A stretch of 63,474 nucleotides of DNA, the filler included, from Nitrospinota bacterium (GTDB lineage: Bacteria; JADFOP01): assembly GCA_022562795.1 (NCBI GenBank). It is 4 parts of 4 records of this genome, joined end to end, with 100 filler letters (N's around TTAATTAATTAA, not from the genome) between each part and the next. Parts side by side here need not be neighbours in the genome. Positions count along the whole stretch, not along the records: positions 26,284 to 52,053 come from JADFOP010000033.1; positions 52,154 to 58,358 come from JADFOP010000066.1; positions 58,459 to 63,474 come from JADFOP010000070.1; 1 more part is not named here. One strand, written 5' to 3'. Position 1 is the stretch's first letter, and every line of letters starts with the position of its first letter. The notes under the pieces were generated by a model. That model worked only from the letters and a program-made list of their open reading frames with translations. It did no database searches and was not told where the DNA came from. This document shows positions 50,466 to 59,622 of the stretch, piece after piece. The translations under genes and the position numbers were made by a program.

Positions 50466-50883
50466 TCCGCCTGAGGTCCGCCTGAGGCGGACTTGCCGAC
50501 CCCCTGTCCGTGGGTATGAAGAGTGAGTTGCATTCCTAAAGGCCGGACACCCACAAGGGGCGTCCCTACATGGTTTTGTGCCCCTGTAGGGACAGGGTTT
50601 ACCCCTGTCCGTGGGTATGAAGGGCGGGTCGTGTGTACGGAGAGGGTTTATATATGGGTAGTCGGGCGACCAAAGGTCGCTTGCGACCTCCTGACCCCGA
50701 CACCTTATTTGCGCATAAAAATACCCGCCGCCTGGCAGCCTGAGGAGGAAGAAGGGTTTTCACCCAACCATCAAGGCCGCCCGGCAGCGGGCAGAACAGC
50801 TTAGCTGTAAGGGGACAGGGTCGACCAAAGGTCGCTTGCGACCCCCTGTCCGAGCGAACATCCATAAATCCGCCTCGGGCGGA
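50466..50883. repeat. Cluster of REP-like palindromes and direct repeats
   Basis: TCCGCCTGAGGCGGA (50477), TCCGCCTCGGGCGGA (50869); CCCCTGTCCGTGGGTATGAAG at 50501 and 50602; CGACCAAAGGTCGCTTGCGACC at 50667 and 50822; GTAGGGACAGGGTTTACCCCTGTCC hairpin. Confidence 0.8.
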
Positions 50884-50893
50884 CTAAATAATC

Positions 50894-52053
50894 CTACTCA
50901 TCCCCCGTGCCGGGGGTGCAGACGGCGAATCCGCCGGTGACAAAGGTGTTGCCGAAGCCGTCATCCGCGCTGTCGGCGAGGACCGCGGCCGCCCCGAATC
51001 CACCGTCGCAATCGTCGCCCCTGCCTGCAAGGTCGGTCCGGTTGCCCCTCATCGTGTTGTTCTTGATAACCGTATCAGCCTTGCCGTCGTTCTCGATACC
51101 CGTCCCTCGGTTGTTTCTCACGATGTTGCCGTCGATGACGTTGTCGTCGGAGTCTCCGTCGATGTCTATCCCATCCCCGAAGTTTTTCCTGATGGTGTTC
51201 TTAATTATTGTATTCGAGTCGGAGTCGCTGTCGCTTATCTTAAAGCCGTCCTCGGCGTTCCCTATGCTCCGGTTGTTTTTGAAGGTGTTGGAATCGCTGT
51301 CAGCAAAGACCCTGAAGCCTTCCTCGCCGTTGTCTCTGGCGAGGTTGTTCTCAAAGAGAGTCTTATCGGTGTCATCTATTTGGAAGCCCTCATCATTGTT
51401 CCCGATGGCCTTGTTGCCTGAGATGGTGGTCTTTTCGAAGTCACTGAGCTCAAAGCCCTCATCGTCGGCGTTCCGGATGGCGCGGTTGCCTATAATCGGG
51501 CCGGTGCAGTTAGTATCAGGATCATCAGGGTCATCATCGCAGTCGAGGTCGAACCCTTCGCTCTGGTTTTCAATCGCCCGGTTGTTCACAAACTCGTTGC
51601 GGTCGCCGCAGCTAAAGAAACCCCCGTCCTCGTTCCCGATGGCGAGGTTCCTTTCAAACTTGTTGGCGTTGCCGCAGTCGAGGTCGAACCCCTCACTAGC
51701 ATTGTTCAGCGCGACATTCCTCAAGAAGGTGCTGTCATCGGAGGAGGACATATCAAAGCCGTCACTATCATTGCCCCGGGCGAGATTATTCACAACGAGA
51801 CTCTTATCAAGGTCACTCAAGTCGAAGCCGTCACTTTCATTGGTCTCGGCCCTGTTGCCCCTGATGGTGTGGAACTCGCCATCGATTGAGAACCCATCGG
51901 AATTGTTTCGGAACGCTCTGTTGTTCAGAATTTTGATCCCATCGGCACCAGAAAACACATCGAACCCATCGCTACTGTTGGCGATGGCGCGGTTGCCCAT
52001 GATGGTGCCGTCGTCGGCGTCCTGAATTTGGAAGCCATCGGACCCGTTGTTGA
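50894..52053 (-). CDS. Right-handed parallel beta-helix repeat protein, Asp/Asn-rich; 5' end lost in the gap
   Basis: Many ~22-23 aa repeats of type N.A..N..(D/E)GF.(I/L). Confidence 0.85.
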
Positions 52054-52153
52054 NNNNNNNNNNNNNNNNNNNNNNNNNNNNNNNNNNNNNNNNNNNNTTA
52101 ATTAATTAANNNNNNNNNNNNNNNNNNNNNNNNNNNNNNNNNNNNNNNNNNNN
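52054..52153. other. Artificial contig spacer
   Basis: N-run + TTAATTAATTAA + N-run. Confidence 0.99.
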
Positions 52154-52190
52154 AAGCGTCTCAATTGAGAAAGGCGAAAGGTAGACTCCG

Positions 52191-53513
52191 ATGGCGCCAA
52201 TGAGAGATTCGACGGCGGAATTGGCTGAGTGGGTGCGCGATGTCGGTCAGCGAACCTTTGACTTAGTCTCAGATCTGGATGACGAACAGCTTATGGGCCC
52301 CCGCATTCCGATCATAAACCCCCTTCTTTGGGAGATCGGGCATATGGCGTGGTTTCAAGAAAAATGGATCCTGCGAGATGTCTGCAAACAAAAGCCTATT
52401 CGAGGCGACGGCGACTCTCTTTGGGATTCCATCGCTATACCACACGATACTCGGTGGGACCTACCGCTCCCCTCTCGCGAGGAGACCTATGCCTATATGC
52501 GCGAAGTGAGTGACAGGGTGATCGACCAGCTTCTAAAGGGTAAGCCCAGCGAGGAGTTGATCTACTTCGTCCGATATACCGTCTTCCATGAAGACATGCA
52601 CTCCGAGGCGCTAACCTACGCTCGGCAGACCCTAGCATACCCGCCGCCAAAGTTCTCCACCGACGCCGGCCCGCGCACAGCCGAGACCGATGGCGGGTCG
52701 CTGCCCGGCTACGTCGAGCTCCCCGGCGGGGAGTTTATGCTGGGAGCTAGCCGGGAGGAGCCATTCGTGTTCGACAACGAGAAGTGGGCCCACCCGGTTG
52801 AGTTGAAACCATTCGCAATCGCTCGGGCGTTGGTCACTCAGGCCGAATTCGCGGCGTTTGTGGATGACGACGGGTATCTACGCAGGGACCTATGGAGCGA
52901 GGAAGGCTGGGAGTGGCGAGAGCGAGAGGGCGCCACGCACCCGGTCTACTGGCAGCGGGAGTCGAGCGGCGAATGGCTCCGTCGGCATTTCGATAATTGG
53001 GTAAGGCTTGAGCCGCACCTTCCAGTAATACACGTCAACTGGTTCGAGGCGGAGGCCTACTGCCGCTGGGCTTCTTGCAGGCTTCCAACCGAAGCCGAAT
53101 GGGAGGCGGCGGCCGCCCTCGACCCCGATCGGGAAGGCGAGGGCCCCACCTCAAGGAAATCCCGCCTCCCGTGGGGAGATGAGGCTCCAAATCCGAAACG
53201 CGCGAACCTGGACTGGGATGCCATGGGGTGCATCGACGTGGGAGCGCTTCCGGAGGGCGACAGCGCCTTTGGGTGCCGGCAAATGCTCGGAAACGCGTGG
53301 GAGTGGACCAGCTCCACCTTTCTTCCCTATCCGGGCTTCGAGATAGACCCGTACAAAGAGTATTCCGAGCCCTGGTTTGGAACTCGTAAGGTCCTGCGGG
53401 GAGGTAGCTGGGTGACCCGCTCCCGAATGCTTCGCAACACATGGCGCAATTATTACACGCCGGACCGTCGCGACGTGTGGGCGGGATTCCGTACCTGTGC
53501 GCTCGACCAATGA
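52191..53513 (+). CDS. senA: Selenoneine synthase SenA (EgtB-like; DinB + FGE-sulfatase domains)
   Basis: INPLLWEIGHMAWFQEKWILR, HEDMHSE metal-binding His, FDNEKWAH, RLPTEAEWE, GNAWEW; coupled to senB. Confidence 0.85.
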   Translation: MAPMRDSTAELAEWVRDVGQRTFDLVSDLDDEQLMGPRIPIINPLLWEIGHMAWFQEKWILRDVCKQKPIRGDGDSLWDSIAIPHDTRWDLPLPSREETYAYMREVSDRVIDQLLKGKPSEELIYFVRYTVFHEDMHSEALTYARQTLAYPPPKFSTDAGPRTAETDGGSLPGYVELPGGEFMLGASREEPFVFDNEKWAHPVELKPFAIARALVTQAEFAAFVDDDGYLRRDLWSEEGWEWREREGATHPVYWQRESSGEWLRRHFDNWVRLEPHLPVIHVNWFEAEAYCRWASCRLPTEAEWEAAAALDPDREGEGPTSRKSRLPWGDEAPNPKRANLDWDAMGCIDVGALPEGDSAFGCRQMLGNAWEWTSSTFLPYPGFEIDPYKEYSEPWFGTRKVLRGGSWVTRSRMLRNTWRNYYTPDRRDVWAGFRTCALDQ

Positions 53514-54481
53514 AAATCAGTCTCGTCACACCTGCGCCGGCCCGCTCAAGGAAGGGAAACCGTGTGACCGCGCTCCGGTGGGCCCGTATATTGCGCGAGC
53601 TCGGCCACCGTGTGAACATCGAGCAAGCGTACGAGGGCCAGCGATGCGACCTGCTCGTGGCCCTACACGCACGTCGCACCCACGCCTCTCTGGTCCGTTT
53701 TCGGCTCAAGCACCCCGATCTGCCAATCGTTCTCGCGCTTACCGGGACCGATCTCTACGGCGACATTCATACCGATCCATCGGCTCAGGAGTCGCTGGAG
53801 TTGGCCTCGCGGCTCATTTTGCTCCAGCCGATGGGCGCTGATGCCCTGCCAAAGCACCTCCGAGGGAAGGCCAGGGTTATCTATCAGTCCGTTAGGAAAC
53901 CTCCAGGAACCTTCGTCCCTAAAAAGAGCGTCTTCGAGGTATGCGTGCTCGGCCACCTCCGCCCCGTCAAGGACCCGTTCCGCGCCGCCCAAGCCGCCCG
54001 CCTTCTCCCCCCCGCTTCGAAGATACGGGTGGTTCAAGTTGGGGCTGCCCTCAGCGAAGAGATGGAGAAGAAAGCCCGTGCTGAGGAAGCATCCAATCCA
54101 CGGTACCGCTGGCTGGGGGAGCTCCCCCGCTGGAAAGCCCTCCGCCTCCTCGCCCGAAGCAGGCTTCTGGCGCTCAGCTCCAAGATGGAGGGGGGCGCGA
54201 ACGTCGTCTCCGAGGCTCTCGTCTGCTCGGTGCCCATAGTCTCGTCGCGGATTTCTGGATCTATCGGCATCCTCGGGGCCGACTACCCCGGCTATTTTCC
54301 AACCGGAGACACGAAAGCGCTGGCAAATCTTTTGGAGCGCGCCGAGGGAGACGCCGATTTCTACGAGACCCTCAAAGCATGGTGTAACGGCCTGAGGCAT
54401 CTCGTAGAGCCCGCCAACGAGCGAAAAAGCTGGGAGAGCTTGCTTGAAGAGATTTGTGGCGGCGGGAGGGTTCCCGTATAA
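53510..54481 (+). CDS. senB: Selenosugar synthase SenB (TIGR04348-type glycosyltransferase)
   Basis: VTPAP...GNRVTALRWA, ALHARR, LTGTDLY, GHLRPVKDP, MEGGANV.SEA, YPGYF; ATGA overlap with senA. Confidence 0.88.
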   Translation: MKISLVTPAPARSRKGNRVTALRWARILRELGHRVNIEQAYEGQRCDLLVALHARRTHASLVRFRLKHPDLPIVLALTGTDLYGDIHTDPSAQESLELASRLILLQPMGADALPKHLRGKARVIYQSVRKPPGTFVPKKSVFEVCVLGHLRPVKDPFRAAQAARLLPPASKIRVVQVGAALSEEMEKKARAEEASNPRYRWLGELPRWKALRLLARSRLLALSSKMEGGANVVSEALVCSVPIVSSRISGSIGILGADYPGYFPTGDTKALANLLERAEGDADFYETLKAWCNGLRHLVEPANERKSWESLLEEICGGGRVPV

Positions 54482-54556
54482 AGCCCTCTTCGGACGGGTT
54501 TCTTTCCATCAAGGTATTTGATAGCCTTCTGCCTGCCTTTTAAGGAGCAATCTCGC

Positions 54557-55003
54557 ATGAAATCCCCCGATCCAGCTAATACGCCCTTAAAGATTCAACG
54601 GCTTGCCGAGGAGCAGACGCTTCGGGTCGAATGGGCCGACGAGCACATCTGCGAGATGCGCTACGACTATCTTCGCCGGGCCTGCCCATGCGCAACCTGC
54701 AACAAGGATCGGGGTGAGGCCACAAAGGGCCTTCGAGTGGTGACCGGAGAGACCGACCGCTCCTCTCTCCAGATCGATGAGATTAGCCTCGTTGGAACCT
54801 ATGCCGTCAAGCTGGCCTGGAGTGACGGCCACGACACCGGCTTCTATTCCTATCGTTTCCTTCGGGCACTCTGTCCCCACGACGGAGGTGGCGCTGAAGC
54901 GATCCGGTTCGAGACATTCCGGGATTTTCGAGATCTACTTCGACAGGAGGGTATGGAGGACGAAGAGCAAGGAGAGCCGAGTGGAGAGCCCCCTCGGGGC
55001 TAA
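54557..55003 (+). CDS. DUF971 (GBBH-like N-terminal) metal-binding protein
   Basis: W.D.H, YLRRACPCATC, VGTYAVKLAWSDGHDTGFYSY. Confidence 0.88.
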   Translation: MKSPDPANTPLKIQRLAEEQTLRVEWADEHICEMRYDYLRRACPCATCNKDRGEATKGLRVVTGETDRSSLQIDEISLVGTYAVKLAWSDGHDTGFYSYRFLRALCPHDGGGAEAIRFETFRDFRDLLRQEGMEDEEQGEPSGEPPRG

Positions 55004-55032
55004 GTCCACCACCATCAGTCCAAACAGCAGCT

Positions 55033-55332
55033 CTAGTCTTTAGGGGGTTGGGCCCGTTGGGCGTCGAAGCAGGGACGGCAGTAGACCGGCCGGTCGGTTA
55101 CGGGCTCGAAGGGCACCTGAGTTTGCGTCCCGCAGCCGGAGCAGACGGCGTCATGGAGCTGGCGTGGCTCTCCCCGGCCCCGACCGTGGGCCAATTTGCG
55201 CTCCGCCCGACACGCCTTGCAGCGCTTGGGGGCGGAGAACCCCCGCTCCTGGTAATAGGACTGCTCCCCGGCGGTGAAGGTGAAGGTCTGCTTGCAATCC
55301 TCGCACGCTATGAGTTGATCCTGGGACTCCAT
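55033..55332 (-). CDS. Double zinc-ribbon protein (CxxC-x17-CxxC family)
   Basis: CEDC..FTFTAGEQ.YY..RGF..PKRCKAC and CSGC...VPFEP...RPVYCRPC. Confidence 0.9.
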   Translation of the reverse strand: MESQDQLIACEDCKQTFTFTAGEQSYYQERGFSAPKRCKACRAERKLAHGRGRGEPRQLHDAVCSGCGTQTQVPFEPVTDRPVYCRPCFDAQRAQPPKD

Positions 55333-55702
55333 TGTTGTAGTGTGTCCTCTTTTTGCCGGGGCCCGGCGACATCAACCCGCAGAAAACGGCGAATCTCGTC
55401 TGAAACTGCGACCGGAGAGCCTAGAGACTACGCGCTCAAGTCCGGCAGTTCACTCAGAGCAGATTGGCGGGTTCGGTGCGCTAATAATATTACGGCCCCT
55501 CGTGGTTTGAACTCCCTCGCTGCTATTGGTTGCAGGGGCTTTAGCTAAGCCCCACAATACAAGAGCCTTAGGGCCAGCGCAAGGAAAAAACGAGCGGCTA
55601 CGGCAACTCCTTCTGACCTCCTCACCGAAGGGCTTGCCGACGAAGCGAGCCGTGCTGCCCTTAATGGCCGGGCGCAACTCATCATTCGGCAGGCGGATTG
55701 GC

Positions 55703-56143
55703 CTAGTCTCCCGCCTTGGCCTCTAAGTCGGCCAATCGCTCCCTCAGCGCCTTTTGCTCCTTCCAACGTTCGGTCACGTCGCGCAAGATGGCCGCGAACC
55801 CCATGCGTTCGCCCGCTTCATCGCTAAGGATGGAAATGCTAAATTCCAGGGAAATGCGCTCACCATCTTTCCGGACACCAGGAACAGCAAGCAGCTCGGT
55901 GCCGTACCGTGTGACCCCGGTCTCTAAGACCTTATGGTAGCCTTCCCAGTGTTGCTCTCGGAAGCGCTCCGGAATGATAATATCCAAGGATTGCCCCACG
56001 GCCTCCCCGGCCGGGTAGCCAAACATCGCCTCGGCCGCTCTATTCCATAGGCAAATCATCCCGTCTCGGTCAGAAACGACGATGGCATCTTGGGCCTGTT
56101 CCAAAACTTGCTGGTGCAACCACGCATCCGCCTTCATAGGCAT
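55703..56143 (-). CDS. Stand-alone PAS domain protein
   Basis: DAIVVSDRDG.I..WNRAAE.MFGY...EAVGQSLDIIIPE, RKDG, RDVTER. Confidence 0.9.
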   Translation of the reverse strand: MPMKADAWLHQQVLEQAQDAIVVSDRDGMICLWNRAAEAMFGYPAGEAVGQSLDIIIPERFREQHWEGYHKVLETGVTRYGTELLAVPGVRKDGERISLEFSISILSDEAGERMGFAAILRDVTERWKEQKALRERLADLEAKAGD

Positions 56144-56276
56144 ATGGAGAACCCTCCTTTTATCTGTCCTCCCCTTCGCCTTAAGCCTTTGACAATGCCG
56201 TAGAGGAACTATATCAACGCTTTAGAGTCGCCCCTGCGTCACAAAAACATTCCGACCGAGGGAGCCGAAGTCCGTC

Positions 56277-56999
56277 TCATCCGCCGAGGTAGAGGCGCTT
56301 GACCTCTTCGTTGGCCAGCAATCCCGGACCCGTATCGGTAAAGCGGTTACATCCGAGCTCCAGGACGTACCCCCGGTCGGCAATGCTCAGCGCTTTGGCG
56401 GCGTTCTGTTCCACGATGACCAGGGTCGTGCCCATGGAGCGTAGCTCGGCAATCTTCTCGAATATAAAGCCGACGAACTTGGGGGCGAGGCCGAGGGAAG
56501 GTTCGTCGAGAAGCACCAGATCAGGGTCCATCATCAGCCCCCGGCCGATCGCCAGCATCTGCTGCTCGCCGCCGCTCATGGTGCCTGCCTTCTGGTAATG
56601 CCGCTCCTTCAGGAGCGGGAAGAGGGCGAAGACCTTCTCAAGGCCGGCGCTCAAGCGGGCGGCGTTTCTCTCCAGGAAGGCGCCCATCTCCAAGTTCTCT
56701 AGAACTGTCATGTGGGGGAAGACGATGCGACCCTGAGGCACATAGGCCAATCCCTTCTGCAGAGCCTTATCGGCCCGAATCCTCGTAATCTCTTCGCCCC
56801 GAAACCGGATCTTCCCCCCCAATATTCGGCAGAACCCAACAATGGATTTGAAAACGGTCGATTTGCCGGCCCCGTTGGGGCCGATAATAGTTACGACCTC
56901 ACCTTCATGGACGTAGAGCGAGACCTCATCCAAGACCTTGTTGTTCCCGTAGCCGGACGAGAGGCCCTCAATCTGGAGGATGGGTTCAGTGCCGTCCAA
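56277..56999 (-). CDS. livF: Branched-chain amino acid-type ABC transporter ATPase (LivF-like)
   Basis: GPNGAGKST, MTVLENLEMG, MSGGEQQMLA, LDEPSLGLAP, VEQNA. Confidence 0.9.
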   Translation of the reverse strand: MDGTEPILQIEGLSSGYGNNKVLDEVSLYVHEGEVVTIIGPNGAGKSTVFKSIVGFCRILGGKIRFRGEEITRIRADKALQKGLAYVPQGRIVFPHMTVLENLEMGAFLERNAARLSAGLEKVFALFPLLKERHYQKAGTMSGGEQQMLAIGRGLMMDPDLVLLDEPSLGLAPKFVGFIFEKIAELRSMGTTLVIVEQNAAKALSIADRGYVLELGCNRFTDTGPGLLANEEVKRLYLGG

Positions 57000-57702
57000 A
57001 GTACGCCTCAATGACCTTCGGGTCATTCTGGATGTCGGCGGGCGCTCCTTCTGCAATCTTGCTGCCGTAGTCCATGACATAGATCCACTCGCAAAAGTTC
57101 ATCACTACTTTCATGTCGTGCTCGACGATGATGAAGCTCTTGCCTTGGTCCCGAAGTTGGAGAATAAAGTCGAGGAGCTTGTTAAGCAGGGTCCTGTTGA
57201 CGCCGGCGGCAGGCTCATCGAGGAGGATGATCTCGGGGTCGAGCATGAGAACCCGGACGAACTCAAGAAGCCTCTGCTGTCCGTAGGAGAGATTACCGGC
57301 GAACTCGTCCCGGAGAGGGTCGAGGTCTACGAAGGCCAACAGCTCCTCAGCCTGGTCGCGGTTTTCTCGCTCACCACCTTTAGGAGCCGAGGCAACGAGG
57401 TTCTCATAAGCCGTAAGCTCGGGAAAAACCCGATTGATCTGAAACGTCCGGCCGATACCTCTCCTGGTAACCTGATAGGCCTTGAGGTTCGTGATAGACT
57501 CGCCCTTGTAATAGATGGCGCCTCCGTCGGGTTTGTAGAGGCCGGAGATGAGGTTGAACAGGGTCGTTTTGCCGCTGCCGTTGGGTCCGATGAGGCCGTT
57601 TATGACTTGGGTTTTAAATGCCATCGTGCAGTGGTTGACGGCCTTGATACCGCCGAAATTCTTCGAAAGGTCTTCTACCACCAAAATAGCGTCGTTACGC
57701 AT
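56986..57702 (-). CDS. livG: Branched-chain amino acid-type ABC transporter ATPase (LivG-like)
   Basis: GPNGSGKTT, RTFQ, LSYGQQR, LDEPAAG, VEHDM, VIEAYFG. Confidence 0.9.
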   Translation of the reverse strand: MRNDAILVVEDLSKNFGGIKAVNHCTMAFKTQVINGLIGPNGSGKTTLFNLISGLYKPDGGAIYYKGESITNLKAYQVTRRGIGRTFQINRVFPELTAYENLVASAPKGGERENRDQAEELLAFVDLDPLRDEFAGNLSYGQQRLLEFVRVLMLDPEIILLDEPAAGVNRTLLNKLLDFILQLRDQGKSFIIVEHDMKVVMNFCEWIYVMDYGSKIAEGAPADIQNDPKVIEAYFGRH

Positions 57703-57713
57703 CGGCTCCTCCC

Positions 57714-58358
57714 CTACCATCCTCTCGCCACCCAGCCTCGCTCACGCAGCATTCCCATGACCCCCTGCGGCATGTAAAGGACCACGAAGATAATGAGGAG
57801 GCCATAGAGGGCCAGGTGGGCCTCAGGGAACCGGGCCCACAGCATCTCGGAGCCGAGGTAGAGGGAGGTGGCCCCGATGACCGGCCCCATGACTGTTGCG
57901 CGACCGCCGAACATCGCCATGATAATCATCTCGATAGTCACCAGTAGAGCAAAGGAGCTCTCAGGCTCGATGAAGCTCAAGTACCAGGCGTAGATGCCCC
58001 CTGCCACACCGGCAAAGAAGGCGCTCAAGACGAAGACGCCCAGCTTGTAAAGAGTCGTATTGATGCCCATCACCTCTGCTCCGATCTCATCCTCCCGGAT
58101 GGCCAGCAGGCGCAAGCCGAACTTTGAGTTCGCCACAAAGTAGGTCGTCGCTACCGTGGCGAAGGCCAGCAGCCCCATCGCGGTATAAGAGGAGACGATG
58201 CTGAGGACAGGCGGGAGGTTGATCCCCTCCCCTCCCTGCGTGACAGATTCCCACAGGTTTACGAAGACGCGTACAATCTCGTTGAGCCCCAGCATGGCGA
58301 TGGCAAAATAAGGCCCACTGAGTTTCAGGCAAGGGTAGCCGATAATCGCTGCGAGGAG
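57714..58358 (-). CDS. livM: ABC transporter permease (LivM-like), 5' truncated by the gap
   Basis: GPYFAIAML, AIREDE..A..MGIN, FVLSAFFAGVAG, GG..T..GP. Confidence 0.85.
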   Translation of the reverse strand, partial: LLAAIIGYPCLKLSGPYFAIAMLGLNEIVRVFVNLWESVTQGGEGINLPPVLSIVSSYTAMGLLAFATVATTYFVANSKFGLRLLAIREDEIGAEVMGINTTLYKLGVFVLSAFFAGVAGGIYAWYLSFIEPESSFALLVTIEMIIMAMFGGRATVMGPVIGATSLYLGSEMLWARFPEAHLALYGLLIIFVVLYMPQGVMGMLRERGWVARGW

Positions 58359-58458
58359 NNNNNNNNNNNNNNNNNNNNNNNNNNNNNNNNNNNNNNNNNN
58401 NNTTAATTAATTAANNNNNNNNNNNNNNNNNNNNNNNNNNNNNNNNNNNNNNNNNNNN
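58359..58458. other. Artificial contig spacer
   Basis: N-run + TTAATTAATTAA + N-run. Confidence 0.99.
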
Positions 58459-59136
58459 CGTCTTGCCGACCCGGTAGCGAATTGTGATCGCCCGATTCGC
58501 GAAGTCACGCACTTGTAGCCGCCGAAGTTCGCCGTATCGAGCGCCAGTGTGGGATGCGCCTTCGACCAGCGTCCTGAGGTCCGAGGGGCAGGCATTGGCA
58601 AGACGGCGCAACTCCTTGACCGAAAGCCAGCGAATGTCGTCGGGATCAGGATTCACTTCCTTGAACGCGGAGATACGACGCCACGCCAAATCGTTTTGTT
58701 CCTTGTGAAGGTAGTCATTCCCGAACACGAAGTTGAGGCCAGCCTTTAGAACCGTCAGTATTCGATTGGCCGACGCCCGACGCTTACGCAATACCTCCGG
58801 GTCGTCTAGGTCTATCTCCACCATGGTGCCGCCACGTTTGCGGAGTGGGGCGGTGACCAGGTCGCGGTGCCATTTGCGTATGGCAGGACTTTCGAGGTCG
58901 CTGATTCGAGTATCGCCGAACGTGGGGAGGATGTGGGCGTCGATTGTGTACTGCGTGGTTGACTCAGCTTTTTTGCCTTCCGCTTTGTAATCAACCATGT
59001 ACTCAATCAGTGCTTCTCGCACAGTCATGCCGCCTCCCGTTTCTTGCTCGGCCAGCTTGCGCCTAGCGAACTGCACCGCCTTATCCTGCGCTTGGCCGTA
59101 GTCGAATACCTCTAGGCCGTCAGCGGTCTCATCGTT
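58459..59136 (-). mobile_element. Tyrosine recombinase/phage integrase internal fragment
   Basis: TVREAL..Y, HILPTFG, ANRILTVLKAGLN, RWLS..E...L, TGARYGEL (box I). Confidence 0.85.
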
Positions 59137-59622
59137 GTGAGCGACCCCGCCGCCAAGGAGCGCCTCTGGGAGGCGTCCTACAAGCAGCCAAAGATTCTCG
59201 AGGCCCCGGTGACGGTGATTTGCTGCGGCGAGACGACGGGGTGGGCGGCGACGCTCGAAGAGATGATCGCCGAGGGCTTCCGCCTGGGGGCCGTGAACGA
59301 AAAATATGCCGACCACATCAGGGGGGCCGTCTCCCCGGTCGTTGAGGGCTGGGGGCCGGATCTCTGGGTAAACCGGCACGTCATGATCGCGGGGACCTGC
59401 CTGATGCTCGCGGCCGAGAGCCTCGGCGTCCAGTCCTGCCCCATGGAAGGGTTCGTGGAGGAGAAGGTCAAGGAGGCCTTCGGCATCCCCGATGATGTGC
59501 GGGTGGTCTGCCTCGTCTCGCTCGGGTTCGCGGTCGACCCGCCCAAGGTCTTCCCGGGCCGCCTTCCCCTGGAGAGGCTGGTATTTTGGGAAGCCTACGG
59601 CCAATCCAAGCCCGAGGCCTGA
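59128..59622 (+). CDS. Nitroreductase family protein, N-terminus missing (junction with integrase fragment)
   Basis: LIVVSDP..KE.L....YKQPKI..APV, LMLAAESLGVQSCPMEGF....VKEAFGIP. Confidence 0.85.
   Translation, partial: LIVVSDPAAKERLWEASYKQPKILEAPVTVICCGETTGWAATLEEMIAEGFRLGAVNEKYADHIRGAVSPVVEGWGPDLWVNRHVMIAGTCLMLAAESLGVQSCPMEGFVEEKVKEAFGIPDDVRVVCLVSLGFAVDPPKVFPGRLPLERLVFWEAYGQSKPEA

Noticed and set aside
50466-50883. Possible CRISPR array
   Set aside because: Repeats occur only in pairs with irregular spacing, and no cas genes are in the window.
50907-52025. 372-aa plus-strand ORF
   Set aside because: Antisense shadow of the beta-helix gene; Ser/Pro/Leu-rich with no motifs. Most other overlapping ORFs in the track are similar high-GC shadows.
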